64,000 nt of DNA, taken from positions 18,786,001 through 18,850,000 of the forward strand of contig JBHGNT010000005.1 in assembly GCA_043228905.1 (NCBI GenBank), written 5' to 3'. A program made the position numbers and the translations under genes. The notes under the pieces were generated by a model. That model saw only the letters and a program-made list of their open reading frames with translations, was not told the origin of the DNA and did no database searches. This DNA comes from Azolla caroliniana. Its lineage: Eukaryota; Plantae; Polypodiophyta. Below are positions 13,141 to 26,195 of the stretch, piece by piece (within the stretch, counting starts at the first letter, position 1; every line of letters starts with the position of its first letter).

Positions 13141-15846
13141 AAGTACATAGGATAATATACAACTCATATGTTACAAGCCACTTTGCAATGGCTACAAGAA
13201 AACATCATGTATATAAATGAAGCAACAAAGCCTCGTCACATAATTACTCGACAAACTCCCCTCAACATGAGCCTCACACAACCCACATTTAGCAAAGACA
13301 CCCTCCAATCTTTTCACAACATCTTTGTGTACTTTCTATAGTAATGAAATGTATAACAATGAAGCATGATATAAAGCTTTTCATTATTAAAATTTATACA
13401 TCAAATGACATGTTAGTTTTTGCACTCTCATGTCATATAACATACATCTTTAAAAAATGCACGTCAAAAAACTTTAATACTAACTCGTCAAATTCGAGCC
13501 TTGATTCTATTGAACACCATTTTTCTTATTTCATTTTGCAGTATGTTTAAATACATACTCTATTTTTGCATGACGACTAATATTTTTACCATAGATTAAC
13601 ACATGCGTGATATTTGTCATATTCTCTATGCGTGATATTTGCAATATTCGAGAATACAAAATGGCCCAAAGAATATTATAAAATCATTTGTTTTACAAAA
13701 TAAATATATAAATAAATAAATAATTCATTTTTTTATTAAAATAAATTTAATTGACCAAAAAAAGAACACTCATTCATTAATAGATTTTAAACATATGATT
13801 AGTATTAACTCTCCTTTATAGTGTCAAATAAAAAATAGGGAAGTTTATGAACCTTTATTTTAATTAATTAATTAAAAAAAAACAAATATTTGAATATTTA
13901 TTATAGAAATATGATTAGTGTGAAGTCCAATTTTTAATGCCAAAATAAAAATATCCATAAATTTTGAGAGAATAAAAAGTGAGGAATTAATGATCCTTTA
14001 TTTTATTTTATTTTATTATCTATTAAAAATAAAATGAATACTTTTATATTTATTATAAAAATTTATTAGTGTAAAGTTCCTCTTTTAATGTCCCTTTTTT
14101 TAATCTTATGAAACTAAAAAAGAAGGGAGTTCTTGTACTCTTTTTTGGGGGGGAGGGGTTAAATGAATACTTGACCATGCATTCATATGCGTATTCATTT
14201 GATTTCGAATGGAAACCCCATGAATGCGAATATGTCAATCTATGATTTTTACTTTCTCGTATTTCAAGATCGATGATATGAGCAAATAATATTTTGTCTT
14301 TTGAAGGAGATAAGATACGAAAAATAAAGCACATGCATGATCTTTAAGTTGTTACTAAGTTTATACTATACAAGACTTTCTAAGAAAAATCTGATTAGAA
14401 GAATTGCAAGCCAAAAACAAATGCATATGGTAGTTTTCTTAGAAGTTACGTTCTTAGAAACACCAAGCTAAACACATCATTCATAAAGGTGAGGAATAAT
14501 GTACAATAATGACAATATTTTACAATTGCCTGATGTCTACATGGAGGGATTATCCCACACTTTTTCTCTACGAGATTATTGCATGATGTCTATAGGGAGG
14601 GATTATTCCATGTTTTTTCTCATGAAAGTAAGAAAATGTGCCTTCCACAAGCCTTGGACTCAAACAAGCAATTAGTCATTTACCCTTTAATCAGGAGGAA
14701 ATGTATGAAATAATGACGTCACATTTGACACTTCTCAGAATGAATATACCGGCGGAGACATTCCCATAAGTTTCAACGATTGGTTAAAGGTGACGCTTTT
14801 CATCCAACCAAAGTAGTGATTAAACACATCATTGAAGAATTTCCAATGATAATATTGCTAATGGGCCATTTTCAAAGTATACATTAGCTACAAAATTGCC
14901 GACCAATTCTCTCGATGTTATGTCACTTTTGCAAATGCCCCTAGTAAACCTCCGAACCAAAGTAATTAAGAGAGACAAAGATATATATATATAGATATAG
15001 ATATAGAGACAAAAAGAGTTGAGCCAAGTTTTTATTGACCCTGGTACTACTTCAATAGAAGCCTCTAAGGATTGGATGTAGGATGTAGGCCCTCGATGTA
15101 TTACTATATATTCTACACTAGATAATCCATTATTGTCTACTCTACACACAACTTACCCACGGAGCTACAATTGTCTAGATGTTCGAGAATTGAAAGAACG
15201 TGAACGACGATCAAAGAACATTGTCATCCATGAGATTAAAGTGGAGAGTATGGAAACATGCACATCCCTCGAAAAGGCTATTGGTGAATTCTTTAGCATG
15301 GATTATGTTATGTCGGATGTGAATGTATATGGGGCACATTGAGTTGGGAAACATGGTGTTGCTCACTCTAGGGAAAGGCCTATTGTATGCACAATGACGG
15401 ATGATACAAAGAGAAGGATCATACTAAAAAATAGTTGGGTATACCTCAAAGATACACTAGTATGCGTCCTGAGTGAAGATTGTACTACCTCAGAACGAAA
15501 TGCCCGTCGTAAATCATATGAAGAAAAATTGAAAAATAAGGTTAAGGATGTGCATAAAGACAAAAAAGTAGAAAAATATGGACACATGACCTATGAGACT
15601 AATCCACGTCTTCTACGACTATGTTTTCGAAATTACAATTGATACCCATGGAATGCAACATTTGGTATAGAGGAGTTCACTGATGACTCAGATATCACAC
15701 TTCTTAGTGAAACATGGGAGCATGATACTCAAAGGATTCAAGGTTTAGGAAACTCTAATGTACACTTTTTGATATGGGCCAAAAAACTAAGACAACGAAG
15801 AGGACAAGGAGGGGTTTCATGTTTGATTAAAACAGAAATAGAGATA

Positions 15847-16188
15847 TGTTGAGTGATCAAGCTCAACCGGATCCGGATTGGCTGAATAAGCCAGAGCCGG
15901 ATCAACATCCGGAAGGATGAGCGGGATCGGTATCGGTATCTTGATGGTATCCAGAAAAAACCGGCCAGATCAGGGAGACGGATCAAAGAGCCGGATTCGA
16001 GTGCGAACCAGAAGCCTAGTAGTAGCCTAGACTACTAGGTAATCATTGTCTCGTAGTTAGTGTCAGTCTCTCGTATGGGCATTGAAGTACATAGTACTTT
16101 TGTCAGTCCTTTTGAGGACTTGTATAAATAGTGATGTTTAGCATGTTGTATGTATAGAGTTTCAGAGTGATATTTTGAATTGAGTTTA

Positions 16189-16227
<39 letters not shown>

Positions 16228-19200
16228 TGCGTATTCTCTGTGTTAAGCTCTCCATTAAACCTTTTCTCATTTTCTGTTGCTATCCTACTGAGCCGGTTTG
16301 TCTAACACTTCCGCACGCTAACTTTTACATGGTATCAGAGCGCAAGGGTTGAGAACCTCTGTAGCCAACAAACGCTTTCGAAGACAAACCCTAATAACCG
16401 GTAACAACAGACAGAGAAAGGTATCGACAGAGGTATGGTGAGTTCACTTCCAACAGAGAAGCTCGACCGGAGCAACTATGCGTCCTGATCATATAAAATG
16501 CACTAGTACTTGTTGGGGCATGGTTATTGGAGCTACGTGGAAGGAACTAACGAGGTAGCACCAGAGCCGGCACACAAAGACTTCCCGGTATGGGAGCAAG
16601 GAGTGAGCCGAGTATTGTACTTCCTCGCGTCTTGTGTGCACGATCAGATGCTCGGCTACATAAAGGTTGCAAAGACGCCAGAGGCCTAGGAAAATCTACG
16701 GAAGGTTTTCGCCGCGAGTACCACAACCCGTAAGTTGCAGCTCTGGCAAGAGCTGAACAACATCCGGTAAAGAGACATGTCGGTTACGGATTACACCACC
16801 ATGATAAAGATTTGTGACACACTTGGGTCCATCAACGTGACGGTGGACGAAGACGAGATGGTACAAATCTGCCTCGGTGGTCTAGCGCAAAGGTACGGGC
16901 CAATCCGGAAAGCGATCTGCACTCGGGAGAAGCCATTGTCCTTCTTCAACTTGTAATCAATGCTGATGATCGAAGAAAACCACGCGACTGGGTCCAAGAC
17001 CACTCAAATCGAACAACCGGATGCTGAACATGGAGACAGATCGGCCCCATGGACGTGATGGACAAGGTGGGTCGGCACACAATGGAGGCGCCCGGCAGGA
17101 GCAGGACCGATGGCACAAAGGTAGTGCCGACAGCAGTTCCAGACCCTCCACAAGTAGGGGGATTCAAAGCGGCGCCGGAAGCCGGCAAGGAAAAGCCGAC
17201 ACGGAATGCTGGTATTGTGGCAAAAAGGGCCACATGGAAAGCGAGCATTGGAAGAAGCGCCCTTATTCAAACAAATCCGGATCTGGCAAGGCCGGTCGGG
17301 AAAACCAACAAAGCTCGCACTACGTAGAAGGATCGGAAGGATCCAGAATCAGGAAGACCAGTAAAGGGCCAACCTTCGTGATGAAGCACAAGGCTAACTC
17401 GATGAAGAAGACTACTTCCAAATCGGAGGAAGTATGGTTCGTTGATTTCGGAGCGTCCAACCACATGACGAGCCATGAAGAGTGGTTCTCTTTTTTGGAA
17501 AAATCGGAACAACCGGGGATTGTTGAAACCGGAGACGACACCCCTCATCCGATTGTGCATGTCGGAGAAGTCCCTTTAAGCCATGTCAGACAAAAGGGGA
17601 AGCTGATGAACGTACTACACATTCCGACTATCACAAAGAACCTGGTGTCGGTTGGACAAATCGTCGACCAGGGGATGCAAGTGCAGTTTACGCACCTCGG
17701 GTGCTTCATCAAGGAAGAAGACTGGATAATTGCGCAAGGGTGAAGGGAAGGGAGGATGTTCATCCTCAACACAAATGACGTTGGCACCGCCATGTTTGCC
17801 AAGGGACAGAAGATTGAATTAGATATCGATCTCTGGCATAAGTGGATCGGCCACATCAACTACCGAAGGCTTTAGGACTTGCAATCGAAACAAGTTGTTT
17901 TCGGTTTGCCAAAATTTAGCGGCCAGAAGGCCGAAATTGTGAAGCCTACCAACTCGGGAAGCAACACCGGCTTCCATTCCCCACCGAACGAAACCGGAGC
18001 CGTAACAAGCTCGATCTAATACATTCGGATGTATGGGGACTGACACAGAACGTTAGTCTTGGTGGGAGTCGATACTTCGTCTCCTTCATTGACAACTACA
18101 GCCGGCACACGTGGATCTACCTCATTGAATGAAAGAGCAAAGTCTTCAAATGTTTCCGGAACTTGCAAAGCTTAGTTGAATGGGAAACGGAGAGGAAGAT
18201 CAAGTGCTTGCAGTCGGATGGAGAAAAAGAATACTTTTCCGGCCAATTCAACAGTTATTTGCAATAGAACGGAATTTGGAGAGAATTCAGCTGCCGATAC
18301 ACACCGAAACAAAACGGTATGGCCGAGAGGAAGAACCTGTCGATTGTCGACACGGCAAGGGCAGTGCTAGAGGAGAAGAGCATGCCCCAATTCTACTGGG
18401 ATGAGGCGGTTCGGACGGCCATCTACATCCAAAACCGGATCAGAGATAAGGTGTCAGCACATGAGCTATACTTCAGGCAGAAGTAGAATTTGAGGCACCT
18501 TCGGATATTCGGTAGCATAACATATGTGCATGTACCGGATGAGAAGCAGAGGAAGCTGGATCCGAAGTCGGAGAAGTGCATACTCGTCGGCTACCCGCAT
18601 GAACAGAAGGGGTATAAGTGCTATAACCCCCAGACTAAACAGGTTCAAGTAAGTCGAAATGTCGAGTTGGATGAGTCGGCATCATGGTACCCCCTACGGA
18701 CTCCTACTCCAAACGAAGACCCGATCTCGGAGGATGACGCTAGTGAACCCGGAGAGGTTCAAGTAGAAGATGAAGATTTCGGCACTCTAGAAGAGAGTCC
18801 GATCTCATTCCAGCTAAGTGGACCGAATGAGCGGTTGAGTCGAGATGACCACCACATCTCTCTAGAATCGGCCAATTGATGGCTCAATAAAGAGTAAAGT
18901 GGCATAGGTAAGCGACATATACCTCGTTAAGGCCACAACATCCCATAGAATCGGCCAAGTGATGGCTCAATAGAGAGTAGAGTGGCATAGGTAGGCGACA
19001 TACACCTTGTCAATACCACAACATCCCATAGAATCAGCCAAGTGATGACTCAATAAAGGGAAGAGTGGCATACTCAACATCATATGCAAAAGGGCCATGA
19101 GGTGAGCGTGTGCGATTAGGCCAAACACGCTCGACCCGATGCACAAGAATAATTATTATCGTAAGAGATGGCTCAAGAGAGGGGAGAGTAGGAGATACAT

Positions 19201-20382
19201 CGCAATATGCAAAAGGGCCATGAGTTGAGCGTTTGCAATTAGTGCAAACACGCTCGACCCAATGCATAAGTAGATTAACATCGTATGATGGTAGAAAGAA
19301 GAAAGAAAAGAAAAGAAAACGTAATACCCTTTCCATATGACCAAGAAGAGAGCATCACAGAAAAGAAAAGAGAGATCAAGAAAGAAGAGTATTGGGTTAA
19401 GAATGTTGTTTTGATCCTGTGAAGAGCATGACGAGCCTTGTTAGATCCCCATCGCTGACACGCAAAAAACATCAAAACAACAAAAAACATTGTTAGTAAA
19501 TGCTTTGATACCACTGTTAAGAGTCTATTACTAATCAATAGACCAAAGTATAGTAAAAGAAGGAAAATAGATTGGATAGAAGAACCCGTTCCACCCGACC
19601 ACCCCCGAGCTATGATCTAGACATAGCCAACCTACCACCGAATATTAGGATGACTAATACCTTGGAAGAGATAAACACGATCATTGAGATGAAAGCCTAG
19701 CCCGCACCACCGGTGTCTAAGACAACAGCCTTCCGACGTCATGTGATTATGAGGGTAGCTAAGCCTCATATTTATACATTTTCCTAGGCCCCTTGAATAG
19801 AAGTGCGTTTCTAAAAGGCTCTACATTCATTGGTTGTCCAAATCATGATAGTGCATGCACCTATCATTCTTTCTATCCAATCATTAGTCCCCAAGTCGGC
19901 ACATCCACACAAGTCGGAGCAAGTGGTAGCGGCGGCAGAGTCAAGAAGGACAAAGCCAACCGGAAGAAGGCCAAGACTCGGACGTGGTCCAATGTGGTGA
20001 AGGGCCTAAAAATGGAAGATGAGTTGGAGACTACCAACTCGGACAAGAGTTGGAACGAATCGGAAGAAGCCTAGTAGTAGCCTAGACTACGAGGTAATCA
20101 TTATCTCGTAGTTAGTGTTAGTCGCTCGTATGAGCATTGAAGTACATAGTACTTTTGTCAGTCCTTTTGAGGACTTGTATAAATAGTGATGTTTAGCACG
20201 TTGTATGTACAAAGTTATAGAGTGATATTTTGAATTGAGTTTATGTTCTACTCTCTCTCTCTCTCTCTTTGTCTCTCCCACGCATATTCTCTGTGTTAAG
20301 CTCTCCATTAAACCTTTTCTCATTTTCTATTGTTATCCTACTGAGCCAGTTTGTCTAACGCTTCCGCATGCTAACTTTTACA
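15847..20382 (+). mobile_element. Copia LTR retrotransposon (gag-protease-integrase; RT/RNase H missing)
   Basis: TG at 15847 and CA at 20381-82; TSD AGATA/AGGTA (one mismatch); 5' LTR 15847-16329 followed by PBS TGGTATCAGAGC. gag MVSSLPTEKLDRSNY, CWYCGKKGH, WFVDFGASNHM, integrase HSDVWG and LDPKSEKCILVGY. The 3' LTR matches the 5' LTR from about 20066. Confidence 0.92.
18851..19580 (-). mobile_element. Opposite-orientation LTR-element leader fragment with tandem repeats, inside the 15847-20382 Copia
   Basis: PBS TGGTATCAAAGC on the - strand at 19502-19513, next to an LTR end (TG at 19515); three ~83-bp repeats (18863, 18946, 19029) and two ~124-bp repeats (19082, 19206). Confidence 0.6.
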
Positions 20383-21740
20383 AGGTATATATGTTGATCA
20401 TACAAAATGATGAATATAAATGCTACATATGGCTCAAAATAGGAACACCCAATAATTTGCCCATTTTTGTAGTTGGATGTTACATTCCTCATCAATATTC
20501 AAACTTTTATGCTTGTTTGGATAAAGATAAACCTTTTGTCAATCTACAAGATAATATTACTTATTTCAAATCCAAATAGGAAGTTATTGTCTTTGGTGAC
20601 ATGAATGCTCGTATAAGAAGTTTCCAACTAGTTGCACAACAATCTTTCATGCCACATATATGAAAGATGTAAGAGGATATTCAAACGTATAGCCACTCTT
20701 CTAGTGATGAAAAAGATCTGAACAAATTTGGGAACTTACTCCTACAAATGTGCAATAATACTAGATTGCTTATTGCAAATGGTGTATCCTTATGGCCCAA
20801 AACTAATGGTTTTACATGTAGAAAACACAAGGAAATAGTGTGATTGACTATATGTTACTTTCTAAAGGTATTTTGGGTTGTATACATGAATACTCACATG
20901 GTGAATGGACACTAAAATCCAATCATAGGACTTCATGTATTGACCTCAATGTATGCATATGTTTGATTGTGACGAGGCCATTGAAGATTATAAACAACTA
21001 CACTTGAGCATGAACATTAAGTGAGCACCCATGTATTCCAAGATGGTTGAGGATATGTTACAAATGACAACTTAGATACAACATGGTGCCACACTAGAAT
21101 GCGAATAGGAAGCTTTAAGAAAATCATTCTCTCATGCACAAACAAATGTTTTTCGACCAAGCATGCATCTTGGAAATGCACCAAGAAATGTAGTTCAAAG
21201 AAAAAAGGGTTTGATAAAGAATATCATGAAGCTAGGAAGTGCCTTATGACTTTGGATGTAGTCAAGGATACAAAAAATAACCAAAAGCATTTGCATGAGT
21301 ACAAAAGGCTTATTGAAAGAAAGGGAAGATTATGGGAAGGTACTCAACAATATCTCGAAACACAAAAGAAAGCACATGCATGTGCTAAAATTTGGGGAAA
21401 TCTAAAGGTGAAATGTGTTGAGAGTTATGGTAACTTAAATCTTCTTGACTTATCTATACATTGTAAGAATTTATATGAGTTATCTCTTGCCGGAAAGATG
21501 ATGTGTTATGGTTGTCTTTCACATATGTCTCCCTTCTTTACAATAATTTGAAGATATATGAATAGGACTTACAAAATTGGGCTCTTGAAAGGCATATGAC
21601 CTTAACGTATAAAGGTTGAAATGCTCACATAGATACAAAAGGAAGCACATGCATGGATAAGAGATATGTTTAATCATGCATTACAATATGGCATGTCGTA
21701 CAATTGGATACAATTTGAGATGTAAATAATGTAAACAACT

Positions 21741-24411
21741 TGTTGGCATAAAAGGCAGACTCCTTCCAAATTGTATCCGTCCGAGTGTGAACTCGTTAAT
21801 AAGTTAGGGCTTAGTATATAAGCGAATACCTAACATTGTAATGAGTGATGACGAGTAGAGTATTGTATCTCTGAGAAAGAACGAAGTAAGAAGAAGCTTT
21901 CCATTAAAGCTCCATATGTGTAAGTCTCCACGCCTATTCTATTTTCTGTATGTGTTGTTTGTTGTCCAGTACCAACTACAAATCCAGACACGTTTCCGCA
22001 CCTAGCACTCGTACTCACAACTAGTATCGGAGCCGAATTTCTTTTGTTGTTTGGCGGCAACAAGAAATCAAAGACACAACCGAATTGACAAGAGTCGACA
22101 AAGGCATAGTTGCTAAGAGGCCAGTAAGAACCAAGTCGACAACAACACAAGGGAGAACAACCAGACACCACCGAAATCCCAAACCGAGGGCAGGACACCT
22201 AAAAAGACTCCTGACGCAACTGGTTCAACAAATACCGATTGTCAATCTGAACCGATTGAAGAACTCGAACCAGATATTACAGCATCCAGGAGATTTGGAC
22301 GAGCTCGAAGGCAAATAAAGTTTTATCAACCAGGCCTTGACTATGTTCACTACACGGATGCATGCGAACCACGCACGCATGACGAAGCTATGGCTGCACC
22401 GGACACCGAAACATGGTTGCAGGCCATGAAATCCGAAATGGACTCGATTCATCATAATCAGACATGGGAGCTGGTTGAACTACCAGCAGGAAGAAAGCCA
22501 CTACCTTGCAAATGGGTGTTCCGATACAAGTATGTATCCAACTCAGAGAAACCCAAGTACAAAGCTCGGCTTGTCGCGAAAGGATTCAAACAGGAATACG
22601 GGATCGACTACGACGAGATATTCTCACAAATAGTCAAGATGACCACCCTCCGACTCCTACTAGGAGTCGTGGCGACAGAAGATCTAGAGCTTGAGCAGAT
22701 GGACATAAAAACGGCATTCCTACACGGAGATCTGGAACAAGACATATACATGTCTCAACTGGTAGGCTTCACGGCAATGGGGGAGGACAATCACCTCGTA
22801 TGTCGACTAAAGAAAAGTCTATATGGCCTAAAACAAGCACCGAGAATGTGGTACCAGAAGTTTGACTCCTACATACGGCAGCTTGGATACAACAGATCAG
22901 ACTCTGACCCATGCACGTATGTTTGGCAACTGGCCAACGAGTCAAGGATCTATCTAATCCTATACGTCGACGACATGTTGATTGCATGGAGCAATCAAGC
23001 AAAGATCGGTAAGCTGAAGCGGAGACTTCACGCAAAGTTCGTGATGAAGGAACTCGAACAAGCCCGACACATATTGGGCATGAGGATAGAGTGAGATCGG
23101 ACGACCAAAACTCTCCGACTCTCCTAGTCTGAATACATCGGCAAGGAGTTGAAGCGCTTCAACATGGAGAACGCAAAACCAGCACCGACACCGCTTCCGA
23201 CGTCGATCAAACTATCGGATAGAGACTCTCCTACAATGGACAAGGAGAGAGAGCTTAATGGAAAGATACCCTATGCATCGGCAGTAGGAAGTATCATGTA
23301 CGCAATGGTGGCGACCTGACCTGACCTAGCCTATGTTGTAGGGGTGGTCAGCCAGTACATGTCAAACCCAGGAAAGAAGCACTAGGAGGCCGTCAAGCAC
23401 ATCCTTAGGTATCTAAAAGGAACCACGGATGCACAGCTGACTTTTGGACTAATAATCTTAGCCGAAATCGAAGGCTACACCAACTCCGATTATGCCGGGA
23501 ACACAGACAATCAGAAATCGACTGGCTACATATTCACCTATGGTGGCGGTGCGATATCATGGAGGTCGAAACTTCAAGAGTGCACGACCCTGTCTACCAT
23601 AGAAGCCGAGTATATAGCAACATCGGATGCAACGAAGGAAGCGATCTGGCTGCACTGACTGACTGCTGACTTCGGAACTACAAACCGAATAAACAAACCA
23701 ACGCCGACTATCTATTACGACTCACAGAGCACAATACGCCTCATCAACAATCTCATCTACCATGCGAAGAAGAAGCACATTGAGGTGTTGTATCATCATA
23801 TCTGGGAGCTCGTGACCGAGAAGAAACTCGAAGTCCGGAAGATCGACACCGAGGTGAACATCGTCAATTGCCTAACGAAGCCACTCCCAGATCAACGCTT
23901 CGGAACAGTAAGGACGAAGATGGGGCTACGACAAACGACCGAGCAGAAGAAAGCCGAATGAGGAGCAGAAGGGAAGAGCTGACCGACACTCATACTATAC
24001 CTCTGCCAACTCGGCTACTTGCCAACAGACTTGTAACATAAGATCTAGTTAAATATGTAATCTAGGTTTACAGGGGAGATAACCCCAAGCACTTGTACAT
24101 GCAAGAAAGAGTGGTCCTTTTAGGAGGGAGTTTGTTGGCATAAAAGGCCGACTCCTTCCAAATTGTATCCGTCTGAGTGTGAACTCGTTAATAAGTTAGG
24201 GCTTAGTATATAAATGAATACCGAACATTGTAATGAGTGATGACGAGCAGAGTATTGTATCTCTGAGAAAGAACGAAGTAAGAAGAAACTTTCCATTAAA
24301 GCTCCATTTGTGTAAGTATCCACGCGTATTCTATTTTCTGTATGTGTTGTTTGTTGTCCAATACCAACTACAGATCCATACACGTTTCTGCACCTAGCAC
24401 TCATACTCACA
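21741..24411 (+). mobile_element. Internally deleted Copia (RT and RNase H only)
   Basis: 279-bp LTRs 21741-22019 and 24133-24411 (TG...CA, about 15 differences by manual count); TSD CAACT; PBS-like TAGTATCGGAGC; PPT AGGAGGGAG. RT YKARLVAKGF...KTAFLHG...SLYGLKQAPR...LYVDDML; RNase H to about 23940. Confidence 0.95.
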
Positions 24412-26195
24412 CAACTATCAAGCCATCATGGTTGGCTCGCTAATGGCAACACTATTTGGATGTATAATGAAATCAAAGATAAGTCATAAGACTGAAAAAA
24501 TGGTAAGAGAGTTGATGGACAAGTTGACCTTTGAAAACACCATTGATCACCTTATCACCCTTCGAGTATTAATGGAACAAAGTATCCTTAAATGTAAAGG
24601 TTTATATTGTTGCTTCATAGACTTCAAGAAAGCTTTTGATATAGTACCTTGTGACCATCTTTGAAAGTGAATGGAAGAAAACGAGGTGTCAAGTGAATAT
24701 ATGTTTGCCATTTCTTGAAACTATGAGAAGGTTATATGTTGTATGTATGAGCGACAGACTTTTAGATTTTTTTCGATAGCGCTTTTGGCGTATGACCGAT
24801 AGACTTTCATTAACTCTATTTGGTCTATGCATTCATGAATTGGAAGAAATGGTTGCCAAGTTTATAACAGAAGAAGTTGTTATTGAGAATGTAGTCATTA
24901 TGCTTTTGTTATATGCAGATAATGTAGTGCTTTTTGCAAATACTTTAGGAGTTACACAAAAGCTAATAAAGGCATTGGAACAATTTTGCATGCATACTAA
25001 ATTAATTGTCAAGACTCAATAGCTCTGAAACTAAGATTATGCTTGTGACGAGCCAAAAAAAAGATTTAAATCTTTTTTTTAAAAACCATGCATTATGTAC
25101 AATAATGAGACACCTGAATGTGTGGAAAGTTTCAAAAATCATAGCCTTGAAGTTCCTTCAAATCATAGATGGAATGAATGTGCTACACGCTGCTTAAAGG
25201 TGGGAAAGAGAGCATAGTATGCATTGAAGAACACTTGCAATCATGCAAATATTAAGTGTTGGGTCCTCAAGAAATACCTTTTTGACACTTTGATGACACT
25301 AGTGCTTCTCTATGGGGGTTGAAGTATGAGGTGGTAGTGTCCCAAAATCTACTTTGAAAGAGTTTGAAAATGTCCAAAAACATTTTCTTACAAAGTTTCT
25401 ACGAGTTAAGAACTAATCGTCATACATCTTCCTCTCATAAAGTCCCTCGCATCGACTTCCTAAAATTGCATGGGAAGCAAACAAAAAGATCCAAAAGACG
25501 CATAAAAGCAAAATTTTGTGTTCTTATTAGATACAAAATATAGAAAAATGGTTTGGTAGATAGGATGCAACACACTTCATGATGCATCACTAGATTCCTC
25601 TGTAAACGAGGATTTTTGTAACGCCAATATATCATGACATGGGACAAATGTGGAGGCTCATGCTTCACACATTATACAAATATGTTGCACCCAATTACAT
25701 GTTAGAGCCCATCACATTGTTTGCCATTCTAACCATTGTTTTCATATAACTCATCTCACATGCATTGCGATGTGAGACAAGGCGTTGAGGCACAAATGAT
25801 AAGAGTGGTCGACTATACACAATTTGCCCGAAACAATTTTGAGAGACTTAAGTATTACAATTTGATACAATGTTTTGCCTTTGATCATATTCAATCATAC
25901 TTTCCACGCATCTTTAACCAAGCCAATCCTTGCATAAATTTCTCTCAACACCACAATGTATACTCTCGATTACAACATTCATTGGTAAAGTTCTTGAACA
26001 TCGAGTCGCTATTCACTTTCACGTGAAATGTAATATTGTCTCATTGATCATATTTTACCTTCGAAGACGATAATAGAATCTCTCTCACACATTATGATCA
26101 TAATATACATATTACATTGGTTTGTGTAAATCATAGACATTAGAGCAAGCTCATATGTATATATTGTTTTTTCCGAATTTTTGTTTGTTTTGGGT

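Larger units (their letters stand above)
14720..26085 (+). mobile_element. Near-full-length degenerate LINE (RTE-X-like: ORF1, APE endonuclease, RT, C-terminal Cys region), split by two Copia insertions
   Basis: ORF1-like ELKERERRSKNIVIHEI...RPIVC...EDCT (15133-15600). Endonuclease LLSETW...GGVSCLIK, resuming after 20382 as IWLKI...GCYIPH...FGDMNAR...VIDY. RT resumes after 24411 as TIDHLITLRVLME...CFIDFKKAFD...LLYADN. 3' end GACGATAATAGAATC(TC)n near 26080. 5' boundary approximate. Confidence 0.8.

Noticed and set aside
13400-14340. Possible inverted-repeat element in AT-rich DNA
   Set aside because: Only short, weak matches; boundaries not supportable.
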